Positions 33,298-46,800 of a stretch of DNA of 64,000 bases are shown here, one piece after another. Position 1 is the stretch's first letter, and each line of letters begins with the position of its first letter. This DNA comes from Hormiphora californensis (taxonomy: Eukaryota > Animalia > Ctenophora): NCBI GenBank assembly GCA_020137815.1, contig CM035356.1, forward strand, positions 1,240,001 through 1,304,000, given 5' to 3'. Made by a program: the position numbers and the translations under genes. The notes beneath the pieces are model-generated. The model made no database searches. It was not told the DNA's origin and saw only the letters and a list, made by a program, of their open reading frames with translations.

Positions 33298-36200
33298 TCT
33301 CTCTATCACCCTCTCTCATTTCCAGGAGGAGTTCCTAAGGCAGCAGGAAGAAGCTGAACGTGAGGCAGACAGGAAAGAAGAGGAGCGGCTGGAGAAGTTG
33401 CGCATTGAAGAGGAACGAAAACAGAGAAAGAAGGAGAAGGAAAAGGAACGAAAGGAGAGAAAGAAGAAAGAGGGAACATGGCTGACAAAGGCAGAAAAGG
33501 AACGACGAGAGAGGGACCAAGCAGCACTAGAAGCAATGCGGCAGCAGGGAATTAAAGTGAGTGCTCAAATTCCTTCAAGCAATGCCACCTGTTACAACAC
33601 CCCTGTCTCAATAGGTGCCTGATAAGGATGGAGAGAAGAAGCCCGCTGGTAAGGTGCGATACGGTGCCCGACAGAGAAAGAAGAAACCGCAACCTCAGGT
33701 ACGTAACGCGCGATGACCATCTTACGGTGGGAGGTGGCTCGTTCGAAAGTTTTAAAGCGTGTGCTGCGCGCATTTCTCCTTGCATCATCTCACAAATCAG
33801 AGAGAATGTGAGACAGAGACACAGAGAGAGTGATTGATCAGTGACAAGTGTCACACCGCAACAGGAGATGGTTGAGTGAACCAGAGAGAGAGGTTACATA
33901 ATCACACACATACAGTATATACCACAATCATGGAACACAAAAAGCACTTGGCGCGCCCTAAAAAGTAGAACGCGGGAACTTTCAAACCCCTCGACCACGC
34001 CCATTTTCGATCCCAATCCCCCCATTTTGATCCCAATTCTCCTCATTTCAGGAGGAACAGATAATCGAGGCGATGAATGACAAATCTCCCTCTGCCGCTG
34101 CTGTAGCTGCTGTACCCTCGACCCCAGAGGACCCTACAGCCGAGACCTGGGAATTGTTAGATACCCCCAAGGTGGTGGTGGAGCCATCCAGTGTGGCTGA
34201 CAATTGGGACGAGAGTGAGGAAGAGAGTGGTGCTGTTCCGGAGAAGGAAGATGAGGCCCCCATGGTAGGTAGAGGGGCAGGGAAACAGTTAATTTTGTTG
34301 GGATGTCTGTTTGGATGCACTCCAATCAGAAGAAGTAAAAACGGTGCATAAAAATATGGTGCATGGTTCATTTCATAACACACAAATATAATTTCAGTCT
34401 GACCCGGTCCTTGTTGATGAAGATGGAGAGATAGAAGAGGAAGAAGAGGAAGAAGAAGAAGATGAGGAGTCTGAATCTGAGGACGAAGAAGATGAAGATG
34501 ATAGTGAAGATGAAGAGAGCGAGAGTGATGAAGAGGATCTGCCCTGTAAGAGAGAGGTTGGAGGTTAGGAAGGAGAAAGCTGATAAGAACAAGGATCCCA
34601 ATGTGTTGAGGGCACCCATCTTGTGTGTTCTTGGTCATGTGGACACCGGTAAAACGACCATTTTGGATAAGCTGAGGAAAACCAACGTTCAGGTAATGTT
34701 ATGTAGGAGTGTCACTATTTGAGGCAGATTCTAGTGGGAAGATGTTTGATGTAAACGACTCCTATCTCTGTTGTCATACACTGACTGTACATCGCGCAAC
34801 CTCACGTAGCCGCACCGGGTCGAAGGCCCGGTGCGAAGAGAAGGGTCTTATATGAGACAATATCTCTGTACTAAAACATATTATAATGATCCCACTATCT
34901 CCCACTAATGGTCCAGCACTAACACTGTACTATACTCTCCCTATCCTACTAACACCATCCCACTGTTACAGGAGGGAGAGGCAGGTGGTATAACTCAGCA
35001 GATTGGTGCTACCAATGTCCCCATTGAGAACATTATCAGGGAGTGCTCCCATCTCTCCATGCCAGAACTAAAGATACCTGGCATGCTGATCATCGATACA
35101 CCTGGCCACGAGTCTTTCAGGTATGATTCAGAAGTGTACGGAGATAATGAGAGATATGTATTGAGAGCTGTGTGGATTGTTATGGGATGTATGCTCTATA
35201 AAAGTAACCAAAGTGTTGTTGTTGATTGAAGATTGGAACGTTTCACAACCTTTCTCTTCACAGTAACCTGTTACCTTTATGTGACAATGCCATCCTGCTT
35301 GAGGATAACTAACACCCCATCCCACTAACACTATCTCACCTCACCCAGTAACCTGAGGTCCCGGGGAAGTTCTCTATGTGATATGGCCATCCTTGTTGTG
35401 GATATAATGCACGGGTTGGAACAGCAGACGATAGAGAGCATTAACCTACTGAAGAAGAGAAGAACACCCTTTATTATCGCCCTCAACAAGGTAAGCTAAG
35501 ATGTCACCAAGATAATAGTTTTTTTCTTCATTAGAGCGGTCCTTGATCCTTCTCTCAGTATCCAATGTTGCCATTGACCATCTCACCTTGATCTGCCGAA
35601 TCCTCGATGTATAACGTTATTCTCATCCCCTTACCTCAGATTGATCGTCTGTACGAGTGGAAGATTATGAACAAGACCCCTGTAGAGGAGGCTATTAAGA
35701 AACAGAAGAAGATAACACGAGACGAGTTCAGTGATAGGGCAAACCAGGCCATGTTGCAGATAGCTGAGCAGGGTCTGAACGCTAAGCTCTTCTACGAAAA
35801 CCCCGATGTTAGGACCTATATTAGCGTTGTACCTGTTTCTGGAATCTCAGGTATGCATTATCTGACTGATGATGATGATTATATGACTAGCAGTCATATA
35901 ATCATCTGCCCCCTCTGTTTTAAATCTAAAGTGTTGGATCTTGTTTCCTGGTTCTTGGCCATTTCCATTCTATTCGGTCCCTAACTTTCAACCTAATCAC
36001 TCCCACTCCCCTTGCCTTGCTCGACATTTTCTTGTAAAGGAGGGTTAGAGCATTGAAATTTACAATCAACCCCCTATTATACCCTCTTTGCAGGTGACGG
36101 TATGGCTGATCTGCTGTGTTTGGCATGTGAGCTATCCCAGAGAATGCTGGGTCCCCAACTAATCTACAAAGATGTCCTGGAGGCCATGGTACTTGAAGTA

Positions 36201-38397
36201 AAGGCTATCCATGGACTTGGTGAGTTGTCAACACTGTATTCCGGAAATCTTATTTCTACTTTTATTTTATCGAAGTTCCTATTCGGCTTGCCAAGATGGG
36301 CGGTCCCTGTGACAATTGTCTATGTCCCCTTTTGCAATTTCCTGTTTTCCATAACAATATTTCCTCCAGGAACCACGGTGGATATAATTCTAAAGAATGG
36401 TCAGGTTAAGGAGGGAGACACGGTGATTCTATCCGGCATTGAGGGTGCCTTCTCCACCACTGTCCGGGCTGTCCTGACACCCCACCCCATGAAGGAGATG
36501 AGGGTTAAGAATAACTTTGTGCAACATAAAGTCGTCCAAGCTGCTCAGGTAATTATTGCTTAGGATATTTAACTGCCTTTCATTGCAGAGTCCGAAATTA
36601 ACGACCCTTGACTCCAACAACATGGACTAAAACACTATTATTGCTCACTCACACACTAATAATAATCTCAATTCAGGGTATAAAGATTTGTGCGAAGGAG
36701 ACAGATAAGACGCTGGCGGGTATGCCGGTTTACATTGCCAAGTACCCTGACGAGTGTGAGGTACTGATCGAGGATGCAAATAAAGCACTCAAACAGGAGC
36801 TGAAGAGTATCAAGGTATAAGTCAAAGGGGGATTGAGGGGTAACCTTGTCAAGGAATGTAGTGTCCAGCAGGATGGGAGGGGCAGTTGCCATGTGACGTA
36901 GATCTGGGAAATATCCATTGAAATTCGAGGGTATTTTTACGTGCTCCTAACAGATCTCCATTTTGTCTCCAGGTTGGTAATGAGGGAGTCTATGTGCAAG
37001 CTTCTACCCTGGGATCTCTGGAAGCTCTTCTGCAGTTCCTGCAAGACAGCAAGATCAAATATAGTGGTGTTAGCATTGGTGAGTGGTCAGTTATTTCTTG
37101 ATCTACCGGACCCTCACAGAGTGCGCTCTCTCTGTGATTTTGAAATAAAATGACGGTGTGACATTGTCCTACACTGACTGTACACCGTGCAACTACGCGG
37201 CCTCACGTAGAGGAGGGTCTCATATGAGACAAGTGTGACACAAGTTGTTTCACACCCCCTGCCCAATGGCAACCCCTCCCCTGTACCCAGCAAAATCCAA
37301 CTCCTCCCAACAGCCTCTACCTGGAGGCTGGAACACTAGCCCCTCTAAACAGTAAACAGTCTTCCTTCACCCTCTGTGTTACTACACTAACAATACAATT
37401 CACCCTCTCCCTCCAGGTCCGGTCCACAAGAAGGATGTAATGAAGGCCAGTGTAATGTTGGAGCACGACAAGGAGTTTGCTTGTCTCCTGGCATTTGATG
37501 TAAAGGTTGAGAGGGAGGCCCAAGAGATGGCTGACACTCTGGGAGTCAGGATATTCACTGCGGATATTATCTACCATTTGTTTGATCAGTTCATGGGCTA
37601 CAAGGAGGAGTTGAAACAGAGGAGGAAAGAGGAAAATAAACATAGCGCTGTATTTCCATGCAGGTAATATATCGTGTCATTTTTTCCACTGTCTTTACTG
37701 ATTACTCATTTTTTTAGTCACTTATTTTGGTACCGATTTCGAAAAACTTTGTTTCCAGACGAATTTTCCAACTATAATTTCCCTCTCTCTTCAGGTTACG
37801 TGTTCTTCCAACGTGTATCTTTAACACGAGGGACCCAATTGTTCTCGGAGTTACAGTTATCAATGGTGTACTGAGGTGAGACAAACAGACAGACAAACAT
37901 CTCTTAGGAAGATTTCAAACTAATCGACCATCACGGCTCATCCAGCCCTCACGGCCACTCTAACAAACACCCCCTTTCTAGGACGGGTACCCCACTCTGT
38001 GTGCCCTCAAAGGATTTCTGTCACATCGGGGTGTGTACGAGCCTTGAAATCAATAACAAACAGATAGAGGTGGCACACACCGGTCAGGATGTCTGTATCA
38101 AGGTGGAAAATATTGGAACTGGGGAGGCTCCTAAATTATATGGTCGGCATTTTGACGAAAATGATGTGATAGTTAGTAAGGTGAGTGCATTTAAAATCCT
38201 GTGGCTCCTTTCGAAAAACTATGAACCTTTCCAAGCATGTTTATTGGAAGAATATTAAATTCTAAACCCCTTTTCACCACCCTGTTCAGATAACACGTGA
38301 TTCAATAGACACGCTGAAAGAATACTTTAGAGATGATATGACGAAAGAGAACTGGAAGCTGATCGTTGAGTTAAAGAAGATTTTTGAAATTATGTGA
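30643..38397 (+). CDS. EIF5B: Translation initiation factor 5B (multi-exon)
   Basis: Start MGKNKRNKR, charged N-terminus, [44 protein letters not shown], and C-terminal KLYGRHFD…[14 protein letters not shown]. Confidence 0.96.
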
Positions 38398-38624
38398 TTT
38401 TTTACTCTCCCCTGGGGTTCTTTTTAACTGTATGTTTGTCTCGCACAGACAGCATGTGGTAAGGGTACGATATATATTTGAGCTAGGTTACAATGAGCGT
38501 GTGGGAGAGATCATAGGTCATTGTAGGGCGATTTTTTTGTCACTGTTTGCTTTCTTGTTTCCTATCCAAACAAATCAATTGTCTTTGAATTTGTCGTAAA
38601 ATCCTCGATGATGAAACTAACAGC

Positions 38625-38740
38625 ACGCGCAAATATATTTTATTTGCGCGGCCGCGGCATAATTTTATGAACTAACGCCGCGCGCGCGAGAAATAAAAGT
38701 GAATTTTTATTTTTTTCAGCAACTTTCGCTGCACTTTTTT
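38625..38740 (+). promoter_or_regulatory. Putative promoter (CGCG clusters with T tracts)
   Basis: CGCG-rich patch between the eIF5B end and the first FARSA exon. Confidence 0.5.
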
Positions 38741-38790
38741 TCGTTACGAAGGTGTTTTCGTTACCTTCTGAGCCCTTTATCTCCCGAAAT

Positions 38791-40944
38791 ATGACCATGG
38801 AGCCCTTAAAATTGGACGAATACCTTTCGAAACGTAGCTACGTTAACGGTTACTGCTTCACCTACGAAGACAAAGCGTTATTTGAGGTTGTGAACAAAAA
38901 TATTTCAAACTATTCGGCCTGTCATCACGTTGTTCGATGGCACAAGCACATTGCCAAGCTTTCAAAACCTGTTAAAAAGCAGCCGCCAGTTGTTTGTAAA
39001 CAAGACAAGATCGTCTTGACAGGTAACAGTTTGTTTGCAGCTAATCTTGAGGTGTTTTCTTCTTCAAAACATAGAGCAACTTTCTGATTCTCTTTCGGTG
39101 TACCTTTTTGTGTTCTTTTAAGCACTTCACACAAAAGTTTATGTCTTTATTGGAAGTAATCCTCTTGATAAGTCGTTTTGAATTATAAGACATTCTAACA
39201 AGTCCTACAGATATGTCACTGGATCAGACGATACTGAACGTCCTGGAGAAAGATGGAGAGATTGATTCTCTTGGCCTTGCCTCCGATCAAAGTGTGGATC
39301 ATCAGAAACTAATTGGTGCCATTAAGAGTTTACTAGCCCTTCCTGGTGAATACATCAAGGTAAACTGCATTTTGCATCACTGTAGTTCACAGAATTCTTA
39401 GCCAGAAACAAGCAGAAAGTTTAAAATCACTATTCTCTTTGTCAGGCTGAGCAGAAGCAGGTTTCATGCTGGGAGCTCACTGGTGAGGGGAAATCATTCG
39501 TCGCTAATGGCAGTTACGAGTACATCCTCTTCAACTCTGTGCCCAAGGAGGGTATCCTGCAGAAGGATCTGATGAAACTTCCAAATGCTAAGATTGGATT
39601 TAGTAAGGCCATGACCCTTGGGTGGATATCCATTGACAAAAAAGCTGAGGGTGGACCCACCGTTTTCAGAAAGGTGGAAACCGCTGAAGACGAGGTGGTG
39701 AAGGTGCTGAACAACATCTCCGAGCAGAAATCTGTGCCAGACAAAGTGATACAGGATGTTAAAAAACGAAAACTAATTTCCCCAGTTGTGACTAAATTTT
39801 ACAAAGTTACTAAAGGTCCTGGCTTCAGTACGACCATTCAGCGACCAGAGGCAGATCTAACTGCTGAGATGCTCCAAGATGGATCATGGAAGAGCAAGAC
39901 CTTCAAGGATTATAATTTCGCTGCCCGGGGTGCCCCCATGACCAGTGGATACCTACACCCCCTGCTAAAGGTACGAGCTGAATACAGGAGGATCTTCCTT
40001 GACATGGGCTTCAGTGAGATGCCAACTGCCCAGTTTGTGGAAAATGGGTTCTGGAATTTCGATGCTCTCTTCCAGCCTCAACAGCATCCTGCACGTGATG
40101 CACACGATACCTTCTTTATTTCGGAGCCGGCCCTCACCAAAGAGGCCAAGTTCCCATCGGACTATCTTGAGAGAGTGAAGACCACCCACGAGAAGGGTGG
40201 TTATGGGTCCACTGGATACGATTATGATTGGAAGGTTATTGAGGCCCAGAAGAACATTCTGAGGACCCATACCACCGCTGTCAGTGCTAGGATGCTCTAC
40301 AAGATTGCCCAGCAACCTGAATTCAAACCCGTGAAAATGTTCAGGTGAGTAAATCAAATTATTATTGTCTTGTTTTTTTTTGTTTTTTTTTCAGCGCAAC
40401 TTATCCCCCCCCCCCCCCCAACTGCAACCCCTGATTACCATCCAATAACTCTCCCTGCCCCTTCCACGATTATTACTAACCATTCTTATCCCCCCAATTC
40501 AGTATCGACCGTGTCTTCCGTAACGAAACGCTTGATGCCACTCATTTGGCGGAGTTCCACCAGATCGAGGGAGTGGTGGCAGACAGAAATCTCAATCTCG
40601 GCCATCTCATTGGAATTCTTCACACTTTCTTCAAAAAGTTGGGAATTGAAAAGTTAAAGTTCAAGCCTGCATACAACCCCTACACGGAACCCTCCATGGA
40701 GATTTTCAGTTACCATGAGGGTCTGAAAAAGTGGGTGGAAATCGGCAACTCGGGAATTTTCCGACCCGAAATGCTGCTACCCATGGGACTCCCCGCTGAT
40801 GTCAATGTGATAGCATGGGGGCTTAGTTTGGAGCGGCCCACTATGATCAAATGTGGGATTAACAACATTAGGGAACTTATTGGACCCAAGGTCAACCTAA
40901 ACATGGTTCAAGACTTCCCTATTTGCCGGGTGAACAAAGCGTAG
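38791..40944 (+). CDS. FARSA: Phenylalanyl-tRNA synthetase alpha subunit with an extra N-terminal EF1B-like (GST-C) exon 38791-39022
   Basis: [50 protein letters not shown] and AWGLSLERP. Exon 1 (phase 1) splices in frame to 39211 (G|AT ATG). Confidence 0.96.
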
Positions 40945-41180
40945 TGTGAGATATGGGGAGAGTTTATTTTCTGTTTTAACTTTCACAGATCTGATATTAT
41001 TTTGTTTCACGTTTTTTAGTGAACCACACATACACGAGAAGTTGTAAAGTCTGTCAAGTGAGTGTGTGTATTTCTTTATTTGTGGGAAGGTGTTGTCTTC
41101 TTTCTTTCTACCACCTAGTTAACTTCCCCTCCCCTACATACATGTAACTTGTCAGTGACAATCACACCTTCCCTTGACAG

Positions 41181-43149
41181 ATGGAAGATATCTCAAAACT
41201 CCTTGTCTCCCACCAAAAGCTGGAGAGAGATCGAGGATTGGAGGCTCTTTCAGCCCAGTTCTCCTCCCCAGACAACAGTGAATCTATTGAATCACTGCTA
41301 ACAGACCTGATCGCCCCCTCCCCTGATACCCCTTGGGAACAGTTCCATGGTTCTCTGCAGGCATCCTCCCGCTACATCTCCTCCCCCCTCACACCCACCC
41401 CTGCATTCCTCTCCACCTCCCTCACGGCAGCACGTGCCCACCTCTCACACCCAGAGAGCAGGGTGAGATCTGCTGCGGGGGAGCTGCTAGGAGCACTGGC
41501 GGGCCGACAAGGAACATCCATCTACACAACATGTCAGGGGGATCTAATCACCAGTATCATGTCATGCTTGGAACGGAGCCAAGAGGCGGACAACACGATC
41601 AAGGAGAAGCTGGATGGACAGGAGAGTGTTTTCCATGATACTGCAGGGTGGGGTCACCTTGAGACTAGTATGAAGGCTTTAGAGGCGATCATCCGGGAGA
41701 CAGGAGCTGACTTTGACTCCTGTATTGATACCCAACTTCTTGATCTTGTGTTTGAGTCCCTGAAACATACCAACCGGTTTGTCAGGGAGACTGGGTACAT
41801 GGTGTGTTGTGCGCTGGTTAGTATCCACCCTGCTGACGAGGTGACCACGGGTAATAAGGGTGCTGTCTGGAGAGAGGGAGGAAGGTTTGCTGATGCGCTA
41901 GAGATAGGTCTATCTGATAATTGGTCCCAGGTGAGGATGGCAGCGTGTTGTGCTGGTCGGGCCTTCCTTCTGGGTATCCCAGAATCAGGCAGGTCTGAGT
42001 TCTACCCTCAACTCCTGCCACCACTCTGCCTAAACCGGTACTACATAGCGGAGGGTGTGAGGTTGCACTGTCAGGCCACATGGAGACTTCTCTTCTCCGT
42101 GAGTGGGGTGACTGCTGTTGAGGACAACCTAGCCCACATAGTACCGTTCTACCTGAAACAAGCTGAGGCAGACAACCACGCGGTCAGGGAGGCTGCTTGT
42201 GCTTGTATTGCTGAACTGGCCTACCAAGGTCGGGTCTGATGCTGTTAAAGTGTACGTTCCACAACTCCTGGAAGGATTGCTGGTATGCTTCGAGGATGAC
42301 AGTTGGCCGGTGAGGGATGCAGCGTGTACTGCGTGTGGTAACTTTGTATCTGTGTTTGGGGTTGAGAGTGAGGGGTATGTGAAGAGGTTGATGCCCCTGT
42401 TCTACGCCAACCTGGAGGATAATATCCCGTCTGTGAGACAGGGTGCTGCTATTGCTATTACCAGTGTAGCTGCCACCTACCCTGACACCCTCCTCTCCCC
42501 CACTGTCACCCGAGTGGGTGAACTGCTGGAGAAGGTGAAGGAGCAGCCGGAGGATAGCAAACAGTTCGATGACATGTCTAAACCGGCTGTGTTTGGGGTG
42601 GCAATGCCTGAGGACCCCACCCATACCAACCAAGTCATGTACTCATGTGGCTCCCTCGCCCCCAAGATGGGTCGTGGTGGCAGTGGTAAAGCCCCTGGAG
42701 CGGGTGGATGTTCAGCTTCACATCACTTTAAACGGCCCGCCCAGCCCTGGGAACAGACAGACGGGGGTGTGAGGTTATTTGCTGAGCTGGCTAACGTGAC
42801 AGCAGCTAAACCAGGGCTAGTTGCCCTCCTCTCAGCACTGTCTAGTGTGACCCGGAGACGCCACTTTGAGCATCACAAACACCTCTTGGAAACTGTTTAC
42901 AAAGCCCTCCCGGTGATCTTCAGACGGCTTACTAAACCCAAGATTAAACCTCATGTCAATGACTTTTTGGAGGGGCTCAAGTATGGGCTGCAGAGTGATA
43001 ATAACCTACTCAGAGCTGCGTCAGTAGAGTGTTTGCAGAGTATGTCCCTAATGTTAGGTCCTAATATTCTGAGGGGTCGGATAGAGATGACTGATCCTGA
43101 CATGTTACTGTATGTTCAACACGCCTTCCCTGAAACAGTGGGCAGTTAA
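41181..43149 (+). CDS. Intronless HEAT-repeat protein with one apparent +1 frameshift near 42220
   Basis: HEAT-like repeats (HPESRVRSAA, HTNRFVRETG, DNWSQVRMAA, DNHAVREAAC, DDSWPVRDAAC, DNIPSVRQGAA) run continuously across two overlapping ORFs. Confidence 0.85.
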
Positions 43150-43816
43150 ATAGGGACAGATGATATATAGTACATTGCAGTGATACAGTAGTCAGTACAC
43201 TGTCCGCAATGTGGTACATTGTGTACTGCTCCAGCAGTGTCTCATGAGGAGCGATACCCCTCTTTCTCTCTGGAAATACACTGCTTGTGTGTTGTTTGTG
43301 CGGGATATTTACTACATAGTTTTATGTGTGCGTTTTGTATGTCAGAACTCTGACGCAAGAAAATATTTATATGTGTCAGAAGGATATGGATAGCCATGGG
43401 AATATGAAACTGACAAAAAATCCGCCCAATATTTTATATATATTTAATTTTCATGTATTTTTCGTTCGATATGTTTTCTCTGTTTTTACAAAAACACAGC
43501 TACTTCAAAATAGGGCTTTCTTGGCACATATCAGATAAGAGAGGTGTAAGATGACACTCACACATGTTACAGTGTTCCTTTCTTTGCTTGTTGTTTGGCT
43601 GCTGATATAAAACATTCATAGATCTGTGTTTTCAGTTCCACCCCAGCATCTCCTCTATGACCTCATACCCGATACCTCGATATATACCCCCGGCCCCCAA
43701 CCCCTAAATGATACTCCTTAGTCCCCCCCCCCCCTAAATGACACTCCTCCACCCCCCAATTATAACACTCCCTCCACCCCTCCTCCCTATCCCAGCTACA
43801 GCGATGACTGCAGCAC

Positions 43817-46800
43817 ATGTTTCTGTCTAGCCTCCTAGAGGGTGGAGCTACATCATCATCATCACGCCAAGAGGAAGATAAGGAGCAACTGATAACAAAG
43901 GAGGAGAGGGAAGAATATGAGATGGTACACTTTAAGAACAAGGTACATTAACAACAATATAATCAGGGTGTGAACTGCATGTCGTGTTTGCTAGTCGCGA
44001 GCGCGCTTGCGAGACAAGCAAACACGTCAAGGTTCATTAACAAGCATGCTGCTCAGTCATTTTAGATTTAATACACAATGTAAGGATACCATGTAATAGG
44101 TGAGACTCTTGCCATCACCCTCGTTCAAGTCCCGTGAAAAACGGAGCAGTACACGCAAACTGATGCCCATTTTCCTCGCGTGACCCCGATTCAGCAGTTT
44201 GAGACACCAACTCTTTAGGGGGCCATATCTCAGGAACCAGACAAGATAGGAAAAATCGCCGTCTAACGAGGCGTACAGTTTTTAATCTAGTTTACCACTG
44301 TACCGGCCGTTTCACTCTCCGACCTAAAACAAAAATCGCAACCCCACAAAACTTCAAAATAATGAAATTCGCATCTCGCATGTCGTGTTGCATGTCGTGT
44401 TGCATGTCGTGTCATGTTATTGACGCGCTCGCGTTCAACTCTCACACAGCAGCTGCAGAACATGGCGGGAAACATCGAGGAGTAGAGAGAGGGTCGGTGC
44501 CGAATCAAATATTTCTTGATCTTGATCTACTCCATCTCTCAGCTATCCTACCCCTCATCAACTCGATCTCTCAGCTACCCTACCCCTCATCTACTCCATC
44601 TTTCAGCTACCCTACCCCTCATCTACTCCATCTTTCAGCTACCCTACCCCTTATCTAGTCCATCTCTCAGCTACCCTACTCCTCATCTACTCCATCTCTC
44701 AGCTTCCCTATTAGGGAAGCATAGAGATGGAAACGATTAGGGGTAGGGAATCCCTATCGATAATCGTTTCCATCTCTATGCTTCCCTAGCCCTCATCAAC
44801 TCCATCTTTCAGCTACCCTACCCCTAATCTAGTCCATCTCTCCGCTACCCTACTCCTCATCTACTCCATCTCTCAGCTACCCTACCTCCCATTTACTCCA
44901 TCTCTCAGCTACCCTACCTCCCATTTACTCCATCTCTCAGCTTCCCTACCTCCCATTTACTCCATCTCTCAGCTTACCTACCTCCCATTTACTCCATATC
45001 TCAGCTTCCCTACCTGCCATTTACTCCATCTTTCAGATACCCTACCTCCCATTTACTCCATCTCTCAGCTTACCTACCTCCCATTTACTCCATCTCTCAG
45101 CTTCCCTACCTCCCATTTACTCCATCTCTCAGCTTCCCTACCTCCCATTTACTCCATCCCTCAGCTTCCCTACCTCCCATTTACTCCATCCCTGCCTCCC
45201 ATTTACTCCATCTCTCAGCTACCCTACCTCCCATTCACTCCATCTCTCAGCTACCCTACCACCCATTTACTCCATCTCTCAGCTTCCCTACCTCCCATTT
45301 ACTCCATCTCTCAGCTTCCCTACCTCCCCTTTACTCCATCCCTCAGCTTCCCTACCTCCCATTTACTCCATCTCTCAACTTCCCTACCTCCCATTTACTC
45401 CATCTCTCAGCTACCCTACCTCCCATTTGATCCATCTCTCAGCTTCCCTACCTCCCATATACTCCATCTTTCAGCTTCCCTACCTCCCATTTACTCCATC
45501 GCTTACCTTCCCTACCTCCCATTTACTCCATCTCTCAGCTTCCCTACCTCCCATTTACTCCATCTCTCAGCTTCCCTACCTCCCATTTACTCCATCTCTC
45601 ATTTATCCTAACATTCCTACCCCTGAGAGATGGAGTAAATGGGAGGTAGGGAAGCTGAGAGATGGAGTAAATGGGAGGTAGGGAAGCTGAGAGATGGAGT
45701 AAATGGGAGGTAGGAAAGCTGAGAGATGGATCAAATGGGAGGTAGGGTAGCTGAGAGATGGAGTAAATGGGAGGTAGGGAAGTTGAGAGATGGAGTAAAT
45801 GGGAGGTAGGGAAGCTGAGGGATGGAGTAAAGGGGAGGTAGGGAAGCTGAGAGATGGAGTAAATGGGAGGTAGGGTAGCTGAGAGATGGAGTAAATGGGA
45901 GGTAGGGTAGCTGAGAGATGGAGTAAATGGGAGGTAGGGAAGCTGAGAGATGGAGTAAATGGGAGGTAGGGTAGCTGAGAGATGGAGTAAATGGGAGGTA
46001 GGGAAGCTGAGAGATGGAGTAAATGGAAGGTAAGGTAGCTGAGAGATGGAGTAAATGGGAGGTAGGGAAGCTGAGAGATGGAGTAAATGGGAGGTAGGGT
46101 AGCTGAGAGATGGAGTAAATGGGAGGTAGGGAAGCTGAGAGGTGGAGTAAATGGGAGGTAGGGTAGCTGAGAGATGGAGTAAATGAGAGGTAGGGAAGCT
46201 GAGAAATGGAGTAAATGGGAGGTAGGGTAGCTGAGAGATGGAGTAAATGGGAGGTAGGGAAGCTGAGAGATGGAGTAAATGGGAGGTAGGGTATCTGAGA
46301 GATGGAGTAAATGGCAGGTAGGGAAGCTGAGATATGGAGTAAATGGGAGGTAGGAAAGCTGAGAGATGGAGTAAATGGGTGGTAGGGTAGCTGAGAGATG
46401 GAGTAAATGGGAGGTAGGGAAGCTGAGGGACGGAGTAAATGGGAGGTAGGGAAGCTGAGAGATGGAGTAAATGGGAGGTAGGGAAGCTGAGAGATGGATC
46501 AAATGGGAGGTAGGGTAGCTGAGGGATGGAGTAAATGGGAGGTAGGGAAGCTGAGAGATGGAGTAAATGGAAGGTTTAGGTAGGTAAGCTGAGAGATGGA
46601 GTAAATGGGAGGTAGGGTATCTGAGAGATGGAGTAAATGGCAGGTAGGGAAGCTGAGATATGGAGTAAATGGGAGGTAGGTAAGCTGAGAGATGGAGTAA
46701 ATGGGAGGTAGGGAAGTTGAGAGATGGAGTAAATGGGAGGTAGGGTAGCTGAGAGATGGAGTAAATGGGAGGTAGGGTAGCTGAGAGATGGAGTAGATGA

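Noticed and set aside
38791-41181. EF1B-like exon shared with the HEAT gene by alternative splicing
   Set aside because: The phase-1 donor joined to 41181 is out of frame and reaches a stop within about 33 codons.
45603-46502. 299-aa ORF in the foldback centre
   Set aside because: It is a stop-free translation of the 32-bp repeat cycling through three frames, with no transposase motifs.
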